Shown one piece after another: positions 1 through 5,275 of a stretch of 10,094 bases of DNA. Numbering within the stretch: position 1 is the stretch's first letter; every line of letters begins with the position of its first letter. The stretch is taken from positions 1 through 10,094 of the forward strand of contig PRDJ01000053.1 of the NCBI GenBank assembly GCA_003345555.1, written 5' to 3'. The stretch comes from Candidatus Thorarchaeota archaeon. GTDB taxonomy: Archaea; Asgardarchaeota; Thorarchaeia; Thorarchaeales; Thorarchaeaceae. The notes beneath the pieces are model-generated. The model did no database searches, was not told the DNA's origin, and was given only the letters and a program-made list of their open reading frames with translations. The translations under genes and the position numbers were made by a program.

Positions 1-25
1 TTCTGTGGACGAATTCGTGCTCGGA

Positions 26-679
26 CTATGGTGCAGGATATGACAGCTCCCAACCCGGATGATAGATTTCAATGAGTCCAAGTATCTCTGCAAGGTCGGA
101 TGCTCCAAAGAACGGTTCAGGGTCGAGCCAATCGTTGCCCTTCTGGACTCCAAAATGGATGTGGGCGGAATCCTCGATGCGCAGGAAGTGGCCAATCAAG
201 TCTCCTTTCTGAACCCAATCACCCTCTTCCACCGTTAGCATGCTAAGTTGCCTGTACTGGTCTCCGACGACGTGCGTGAATGGTTCGAAGCCATAGCGCA
301 CGAGTATGGTGGCATTGAAGCGGATAGCAACATAGATGTTGTACATGTTGAGAGTTGTATTCGGGTTCTCTCGCCAGCTCACATCCTCCACATAGCCGGG
401 TGCCGCAGCAATCACTGGCGAGTTGTTGTAGAACACGTAGTCTATCCCGTTATGGATAAAACCCCAAGGGCAGTCTGCAGTCTCGCTATAGCCCTCGTAG
501 TAGCCATACAGATCTGAACGGTTGACGTAGATTACGCCCATGTAATTGAGCTTAGTCGATGGATATCTATCGCCCGGATCGAATGTGGCGGGCTGGAGAC
601 TGTTTCTTACAAACAAAGCAATCACCAGACCCGATACTACAATCAGGATAACGAGAAGCGCGCGGCGTCCTAGGTGCAT
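26..679 (-). CDS. Membrane-anchored M23/LytM-like zinc metallopeptidase, copy A (217 aa)
   Basis: N-terminal hydrophobic helix (ALLVILIVVSGLVIALFV). HxxxD motif (H76-NGI-D80), SPVIAAAPG, the V..GDWVQKGDLIG strand and HxH motif (H173-I-H175, followed by FGV and W.DP) are typical of the M23 domain. Confidence 0.8.
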   Translation of the reverse strand: MHLGRRALLVILIVVSGLVIALFVRNSLQPATFDPGDRYPSTKLNYMGVIYVNRSDLYGYYEGYSETADCPWGFIHNGIDYVFYNNSPVIAAAPGYVEDVSWRENPNTTLNMYNIYVAIRFNATILVRYGFEPFTHVVGDQYRQLSMLTVEEGDWVQKGDLIGHFLRIEDSAHIHFGVQKGNDWLDPEPFFGASDLAEILGLIEIYHPGWELSYPAP

Positions 680-701
680 GGGGTGGATTCCACTGAAGGA
701 G

Positions 702-710
702 CTATTAAGT
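702..710 (-). promoter_or_regulatory. Putative TATA box (ACTTAATAG) for M23 copy A, probably giving a leaderless mRNA
   Basis: The 9-mer is conserved exactly in both duplicates while its flanks have diverged. TTAATA ends 23 nt before the ATG, and there is no SD. Confidence 0.55.
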
Positions 711-770
711 GTGCTAGTTCTCGCTTCCGCATTTCATTCCATGGCGCTTCTTACATGACTTGTCCGTGTT

Positions 771-1424
771 CTATGGTGCGGGGTAGGAGATATCCCAGTC
801 GGGCTGGTAGATGTGGATGAACCCCATTATCTCTACGAGGTCAGACTCTCCATAGAACGGCTTGGGGTCAATCCATTCATTCCCGCTGACGACTCCGAAG
901 TGGATGTGGGCACTATCTTCGACCACCAAGAGCTGACCTATCAAGTCGCCTTTCTGAACCCAGTCTCCCTTGTGAACAGCTAGTATGCTTAGTTGCCTAT
1001 CCTGATCTCCTACCACGTGTGTGAATGGTTCAAAGGTGTAGCGCACAGTGATGGTTGCATTGAACCTGATTGCCACGTAGATGTTGTACATGTTGAGAGT
1101 GGTATCCGGGTTCTCTCGCCAGCTCACATCCTCCACATAGCCGGGTGCTGCAGCAATCACCGGCGAGTTGTTGTAGAAGAAGAAGTCAATACCGTTATGG
1201 ATACGACCCCAAGGACAGTCTGTGGTTTCACTGTATCCTCCGCGCCAGTCATACATATCTGAGCGATTGGCATAGATCACGCCCATGTAATCTAGCTTGG
1301 TGGATGGATACCTATCGCCCGGATTGAATGGGACGGGCTCGAGACTATTCCTCACTAGCAAAACGACGACCAGACCGGATACTACAATCAGGATAATGAC
1401 AACGGCGCGGGTTCCTAGGTGCAT
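771..1424 (-). CDS. Membrane-anchored M23/LytM-like zinc metallopeptidase, copy B (217 aa)
   Basis: Same motifs as copy A (HNGID, AHIHFG). About 77% amino-acid identity to copy A (168/217 by manual count) with no indels. Confidence 0.8.
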   Translation of the reverse strand: MHLGTRAVVIILIVVSGLVVVLLVRNSLEPVPFNPGDRYPSTKLDYMGVIYANRSDMYDWRGGYSETTDCPWGRIHNGIDFFFYNNSPVIAAAPGYVEDVSWRENPDTTLNMYNIYVAIRFNATITVRYTFEPFTHVVGDQDRQLSILAVHKGDWVQKGDLIGQLLVVEDSAHIHFGVVSGNEWIDPKPFYGESDLVEIMGFIHIYQPDWDISYPAP

Positions 1425-1446
1425 GGAATGGATTTTGCTGACGTGT

Positions 1447-1455
1447 CTATTAAGT
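1447..1455 (-). promoter_or_regulatory. Putative TATA box (ACTTAATAG) for M23 copy B
   Basis: Same 9-mer and same spacing to the ATG as copy A, with purine-rich BRE-like sequence upstream. Confidence 0.55.
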
Positions 1456-1493
1456 CTACTACTCTTGTCCTTCCCCTATCGAAGCCCGACACT

Positions 1494-2372
1494 TCAAATC
1501 TCGAGACCGAAGAATACCCTCACCAATAAGCCCAACATGAAGGTGAGGGCAGCCACGCCCAGACTTATCGAAGCGGTCTCCAGAAACCTCCTTCTAAAGG
1601 GCAGACTCTTCGCGACTGATATGTAGAATGTAAAGACGAACAATACTAGTATCCCACTGGCGATTGATACTAAGAGCGACAGGTAGATCCAATTTAGAAC
1701 GATGAACGGCACCACGAGCGCAAACACGGTCAGTATGTAGGCAATGGTCGTGTACGTGGCGGCCTTTCGCGGGCTCTTCTCCCCGCCCTCCGACTTCGTT
1801 GAGAGATATTCCGATGATCCCATTGAAAGCGATGCCGCAATGCCCGTAATCAAGCCTGTCATGGCGACCAGCTTTGCGTCCTGCAATGCGAAGGTGAAGC
1901 CGGCTAGTGCGCCCGTGAGTTCAACGAGCGCGTCGTTGAGACCGAGGACAATGGCGCTAACATACTTGAGCCTTTCTTCGTTTATGAGTTCGACAAGCTG
2001 GTTTTCATGCTTGGTTTCGTCATCGACTACGGCGAGTGCCTGTGGTACTTGCTCTGAAAGAGTCTGATAGAACTTCTCTGCTTTCTTCTCTCCGTTCTCC
2101 ATGAGCTTCAGACTGAATGTTAGGCCAAAGAGCCTAGCGTACAGCATGTGCTTCCGAACAGTGGAGGACTTGGGCTTCACATCCTCCCCCGTTAGGGACT
2201 TCCAGATATTGTAGTGGTCGAGCTCATCATCCGCCAGCTTCTTCAGGGTTCTCCTGTTTTCCTCATCTTTGGCTGACTCTGCAAGCTTGCTGTAAATCAC
2301 ATATTCTGTGATTTCTTGCCTCTGGCTGGCAATCACGCGCTTCCTCAGTTCCCTATCAAGAGCCCCTGACAT
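1494..2372 (-). CDS. Rubrerythrin/ferritin-like di-iron domain fused to a VIT1/CCC1-family transporter (MbfA-like architecture, 292 aa)
   Basis: N-terminal paired E...ExxH motifs (QRQEITE...DDELDH; ENGEKKAEKFY...DDETKH). C-terminal VIT1 motifs VLGLNDALVE and SLSMGSSEYLS, plus multiple transmembrane helices. Confidence 0.85.
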   Translation of the reverse strand: MSGALDRELRKRVIASQRQEITEYVIYSKLAESAKDEENRRTLKKLADDELDHYNIWKSLTGEDVKPKSSTVRKHMLYARLFGLTFSLKLMENGEKKAEKFYQTLSEQVPQALAVVDDETKHENQLVELINEERLKYVSAIVLGLNDALVELTGALAGFTFALQDAKLVAMTGLITGIAASLSMGSSEYLSTKSEGGEKSPRKAATYTTIAYILTVFALVVPFIVLNWIYLSLLVSIASGILVLFVFTFYISVAKSLPFRRRFLETASISLGVAALTFMLGLLVRVFFGLEI

Positions 2373-2465
2373 ACGACCTCGTCGAGCGTCCTCATCTTAT
2401 GTTTCTTCTGGGTGCCCGGCTGAGGTCTGCATCCGACGCTGCAGCTCGATTTGAATCTCTCCGCA

Positions 2466-2891
2466 TTAGCGAAATGTGGCGGATTCAAGGATTCGTTCTT
2501 TGACGAGCCGCTCAATCTCATTTCGAGTTTCTCTGAACTTCTGGAGTTTCTCATCATCACTGCCTTCAAACATGGCAGGGTCATCAATCGACCAATGCTC
2601 CATACGCTTTGCATTAGGAAAGAACGGGCAGACCTGTCTGGCCTTATCGCAGACGGTCACAACCAGATCGAACGACTGGTCCACGAATATGGTGACCTTC
2701 TTTGTATGCAGTTTCCGCACATCTGCGCCGCGTTCTCTCAAAACCTCGAGCGCTAACGGGTTGACCTCTGGAGCGACTTGGGTCCCGGCGCTGTACGCCT
2801 CATACTTACCCGTCCCCAGCAGCCCGAGTAGCGCTTCGGCCATCTGGCTTCTGGCTGAGTTCCCGCTGCAGATGAAAAGTACGCGTTTCAC
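2466..2891 (-). CDS. arsC: Arsenate reductase, thioredoxin-coupled LMW-PTP type (141 aa, GTG start)
   Basis: P-loop C8-SGNSA-R14-SQMAE, resolving pair C81-x6-C88 and HWSIDD104P match the C10/C82/C89/D105 set of pI258-type ArsC. AGGAGG SD at 2905..2900 lies 8 nt before the GTG. Confidence 0.9.
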   Translation of the reverse strand: MKRVLFICSGNSARSQMAEALLGLLGTGKYEAYSAGTQVAPEVNPLALEVLRERGADVRKLHTKKVTIFVDQSFDLVVTVCDKARQVCPFFPNAKRMEHWSIDDPAMFEGSDDEKLQKFRETRNEIERLVKERILESATFR

Positions 2892-2910
2892 AAGGGAAGC
2901 CTCCTACGGA

Positions 2911-2933
2911 GTGATATAACATCACGCATATGA
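2911..2933 (-). promoter_or_regulatory. arsC upstream element: TCATATGC-N6-TTATAT overlapping a GTGAT-N5-ATCAC palindrome
   Basis: TTATAT (2919..2914) ends 22 nt before the GTG. The 8-mer TCATATGC (2933..2926) has the same sequence and spacing as upstream of the AbrB-PhoU gene. The palindrome spans 2911-2925. Confidence 0.4.
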
Positions 2934-2954
2934 CAATTACGTGATATTTAGCAG

Positions 2955-2978
2955 AAAGCCCAGGAGTTCACTCCTGGG
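2955..2978 (+). other. IS left-end guide tetranucleotide (AAAG) and subterminal hairpin
   Basis: 8-bp perfect stem with a TTCA loop, directly after AAAG. Confidence 0.85.
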
Positions 2979-3073
2979 ATGAACGCGAAATATAGGAGCT
3001 ATTATGTTGAGTCATGTAGACATATACCAGAAGTAATAGCCGAAAGTTCGTCGAGGAGCAGAAGGGACGATGA
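2979..3073 (+). pseudogene. tnpA: Vestigial Y1 transposase: N-terminus fused to the C-terminal helix, with a large internal deletion and a frameshift
   Basis: Reads MNAKYR-SYYVESCRHIPEVI, then after a 1-nt shift RKFVEEQKGR-stop. This resembles the TnpA C-terminus SY(Y/F)VES.GHISE..I.KYIEEQK. The HUH core is missing, and the catalytic Tyr position reads TTC (Phe). The stop overlaps the tnpB start (ATGA, 3070-3073). Confidence 0.7.
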
Positions 3074-4107
3074 TACTGACCTTCAGGATTAAGCATGGGA
3101 CGGACTTCTCGAAGGAGTTAGCACTCGCCCGAAAGGTGGCCGAGATTGCGATAGTGACAAGGTCTAGGAGTACTGCGGACGTGAGACACATAGGCCTGAA
3201 GTCTGCAATCTCCAACCAGATTCTCAGGAAGTATTCGCGCAAGAGCATTATGAAAGTGAAGAGCGTTCCACTTACCGTTCCCGGCCAGTCCATCAAAGTG
3301 AACAAGGAGTCGCGGTGCATAGTGATTCCATGTTTGGGGCTCAGCCTGAATTACGAGTTCAGGAACGACTTTGGAAAGGTGAACCAGATAGAAATCGATA
3401 GCGAGTACGCCTGCGTTTCTGTATCGATAGCCGAACCACCTCAAATCAATGTCTGGGGCGCAATTGGCGTCGACAGGAACACGACGAAGCACTGTGTGGT
3501 CATCGCTTGCCCCCGGACAGGCAAGGTGTGGAAGCTCGGGAAGAGCGCTGAGCACATTCACAAGAAGTACTCCAGACTGAGGCGGAGATACCAGAGGTTA
3601 AGGAAGTACAAGAAACTCAAGCAGGTTAGCCGTCGGGAGCGAGACATAGTCAAGAATATAGATCACAGAATCAGTAAGAAGATAGTGGAAATAGCGAAAG
3701 AGAATAGCTGTATGATTAGGATGGAAAATCTCACAGGGATAAGGAAGAACAAAGGACATTCCAGGTCGTTCAGGTATTCCCTGAACAGCTGGTCCTTCTA
3801 TCAGCAGCAAACGTTTGCCGACTACAAGGCCAGACTGCAAGGAGTACAGGTATCATATGACGAACCTGCACTGACGAGCCAGTTATGCTCAAGGTGCGGT
3901 CTCATAGGTATCAGGAGCGGCAAGGAATTCAAGTGCCCGAGTTGCGGGCACGTTGACCACGCTGACTCTAACGCTTCATTCAACATAGCGTTGTGTCGTG
4001 GCGCAGGTCGATTGCATGCAGACAGAGATGCATGCAACGGGAGCACTGATACCCCCAGAGAGGCAATAGCGAGAATGACGCCAACCTCAGAACCCCACGC
4101 GCCTTAG
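3070..4107 (+). CDS. tnpB: RNA-guided endonuclease TnpB (345 aa)
   Basis: RuvC-I IGVD135RN, RuvC-II RME219NL, zinc ribbon C273xxC276...C289xxC292, RuvC-III HAD299SNASFNIA, and a basic bridge-helix region. It lies inside IS200/IS605 ends. Confidence 0.93.
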   Translation: MILTFRIKHGTDFSKELALARKVAEIAIVTRSRSTADVRHIGLKSAISNQILRKYSRKSIMKVKSVPLTVPGQSIKVNKESRCIVIPCLGLSLNYEFRNDFGKVNQIEIDSEYACVSVSIAEPPQINVWGAIGVDRNTTKHCVVIACPRTGKVWKLGKSAEHIHKKYSRLRRRYQRLRKYKKLKQVSRRERDIVKNIDHRISKKIVEIAKENSCMIRMENLTGIRKNKGHSRSFRYSLNSWSFYQQQTFADYKARLQGVQVSYDEPALTSQLCSRCGLIGIRSGKEFKCPSCGHVDHADSNASFNIALCRGAGRLHADRDACNGSTDTPREAIARMTPTSEPHAP

Positions 4108-4142
4108 CGGCGGGAGTATGTCAGAGATGAGCACCGATGGTC
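3985..4142 (+). ncRNA. Predicted omega/reRNA overlapping the tnpB 3' end and right end, with the guide taken from the flank starting at 4125 (boundaries approximate)
   Basis: This is the established location of TnpB guide RNAs. Visible structure: 9-bp perfect stem TTGCATGCA(4012-4020)/TGCATGCAA(4029-4037) and the right-end hairpin 4094-4114. The 5' end and guide length cannot be fixed from sequence alone. Confidence 0.65.
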
Positions 4143-5137
4143 CTGTTAATAGCGACCTCCCCGATGTCTGCGCAATATGAAGCGATTCTTACCAAGTGGT
4201 ACACGAACACAGCCTTCTGAGAGGAGGGGGTGTTCTCGACTGATGATTCGAGTGCTGCGAGTCTGTGTGCAAGGTCCTCTGCGTTTGCCAGGGACCTTAG
4301 GGCGTCTGCGGACTCCACTCTTGCGTCAAAGCTGTGATTTCTCTGTTGGGTCTCGACTCCAAAGAAGACCCGTGACGAGTTGTCGTATACATCAGAAAGC
4401 TCCTCGGCGAGCTTGAGAACCTTCGGTCCTGCAGAACGCAGCTTGAGGAGCTCTGCGGTCGCCCCGCATACGTGATCAGCAATGCGTTCAATGTATTTGG
4501 CCGCCAAGCTGAAGTGCAAGGCGTCGGATGACGAAATCTCAATCTTTCTCGCGTAGGTAGGGTCCTGCAATGCTAGGTGGCACAGGCGCTCGACGAAGTA
4601 ACGGTGACGATCAACATCTTCGTCACGTGCCACGATTCTTTTTGCATCATCGAGATCTCCTGTCTTCATTGCTTTGATGAGTCCTGTAAGCATGTACTTG
4701 GTCGTCGAGAACTGCCGCTTGAGTATCGGGCTGATGACCTGTTTCTCGCTCGTGTCTCCTATCAGCAGGCGCTTCTCGTCCTCTTCCAGCACTTCGAATC
4801 CGGGGAGGCGTCTAACCAGCTGACTCGTCTCTTCTCTTGCTGCCATGTCAATTGGTTCTGCGAATTCCACTTCAAAGGAATTCACTCCTACAATGTAGGC
4901 TCCGACCAGAAGGCTCTGAATGCTGCTGCTCCCGCTCTCATCCATTGCGAACCTGATTGGCGCTGTGGCTGGTTTCTCCATTTCAGGCGGCAGAATCTCC
5001 AGCGCTCCTCCTGCAGTCTCAGTTATTCTTACTTCCGGGCTCTCAGTGCCCGTGAGACCTGACCGTTCGCACCACTCCAGCGGCAAGTAGACATAGTAAG
5101 AGTTGCGGACTCTGTTCAGCTTTCGGGTTATTGTCAC
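4121..5137 (-). CDS. Archaeal-type phosphate uptake regulator: N-terminal AbrB/SpoVT-like DNA-binding domain plus PhoU repeats (338 aa from GTG at 5137)
   Basis: N-terminal TRKLNRVRNSYYVYLPLEW..SGL is AbrB-like. PhoU motifs RDEDVDRHRYFVER, KYIERIADH and a degenerate second repeat LVRIASYCADIGEVAINR are present. It is divergent from pstS. The start was moved from 5239 to GTG 5137 because the domain begins there and TTATCA lies 24 nt upstream. Confidence 0.85.
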   Translation of the reverse strand: MTITRKLNRVRNSYYVYLPLEWCERSGLTGTESPEVRITETAGGALEILPPEMEKPATAPIRFAMDESGSSSIQSLLVGAYIVGVNSFEVEFAEPIDMAAREETSQLVRRLPGFEVLEEDEKRLLIGDTSEKQVISPILKRQFSTTKYMLTGLIKAMKTGDLDDAKRIVARDEDVDRHRYFVERLCHLALQDPTYARKIEISSSDALHFSLAAKYIERIADHVCGATAELLKLRSAGPKVLKLAEELSDVYDNSSRVFFGVETQQRNHSFDARVESADALRSLANAEDLAHRLAALESSVENTPSSQKAVFVYHLVRIASYCADIGEVAINRTIGAHL

Positions 5138-5161
5138 AATGAGTACATCTGATGCACTCTT

Positions 5162-5230
5162 TGATAAGTGTTGGCATATGAAGCATATACAGCACTTGCA
5201 AACATGTGAAGTACATGCACAGCATATATC
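5162..5230. promoter_or_regulatory. Divergent promoter region of the regulator and pst operon, with roughly 10-bp-phased CAT(A/G)-like repeats
   Basis: TATA-like TTATCA (5167..5162, minus) and TATATC (5225-5230, plus). CAT/CAC triplets fall at 5175, 5184, 5193, 5203, 5214 and 5223. Imperfect direct repeat: catatgaag-catatacagca / catgtgaagtacatgcacagca. Confidence 0.5.
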
Positions 5231-5275
5231 TCCTCCCACAGATGGCGAAGATTGACAAAAGGTGAGAAAAGAAAC

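Larger units (their letters stand above)
26..1455. repeat. Tandem gene duplication with a 745-bp period (26-710 vs 771-1455), including the upstream promoter
   Basis: The two CDSs and the upstream CTATTAAGT box (702-710, 1447-1455) align at a constant 745-nt offset. Confidence 0.9.
2941..4124 (+). mobile_element. IS200/IS605-family element, non-autonomous (tnpA remnant plus tnpB), 1184 bp
   Basis: Left target TTAC (2937-2940), guide AAAG at +15..+18 and a perfect hairpin CCCAGGAG-TTCA-CTCCTGGG (2959-2978). At the right end, guide GAAC lies at -35..-32 (4090-4093), followed by an imperfect hairpin (4094-4114) and terminal TCAG (4121-4124). Both guide/cleavage pairs follow the IS608 pairing rule (AAAG-TTAC, GAAT-TCAA; hence GAAC predicts TCAG). 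There is no target duplication, as expected for this family. Confidence 0.9.

Noticed and set aside
248-1626. Paired plus-strand ORFs (248-517/993-1262, 546-758/1297-1626, 1145-1327)
   Set aside because: They are antisense shadows of the duplicated M23 genes. Their mutual similarity is explained by the duplication, and they show no recognisable motifs.
2921-2945. 6-bp hairpin ATCACG/CGTGAT spanning the left junction, and a GTGATAT repeat at 2911/2941 as a target-site duplication
   Set aside because: IS200/IS605 elements make no target duplication, the repeat does not flank both ends, and matches this short are compatible with chance.
3012-3320. Minus-strand 102-aa ORF as a divergent tnpA
   Set aside because: It has no HUH or Y1 motifs and is antisense to tnpB. 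The real tnpA remnant is on the plus strand at 2979-3073.
3070-4107. Nuclease-dead TnpB (TldR-like repressor) or a Cas12f effector
   Set aside because: All three RuvC acidic residues are intact, the gene lies within IS ends, and there is no CRISPR array or cas gene in the window.
5138-5239. Cys-rich in-frame N-terminal extension of the regulator (MGGDICCACTSHVCKCCICFIC, 8 Cys), tempting as an arsenite or metal sensor
   Set aside because: The TGC/TGT codons are reverse complements of the GCA/ACA units of the promoter repeat array. An ATG at 5239 would leave almost no room for two divergent promoters, and the AbrB domain and a TATA-like box fit GTG 5137. Conservation of the extension in orthologues would reopen it.
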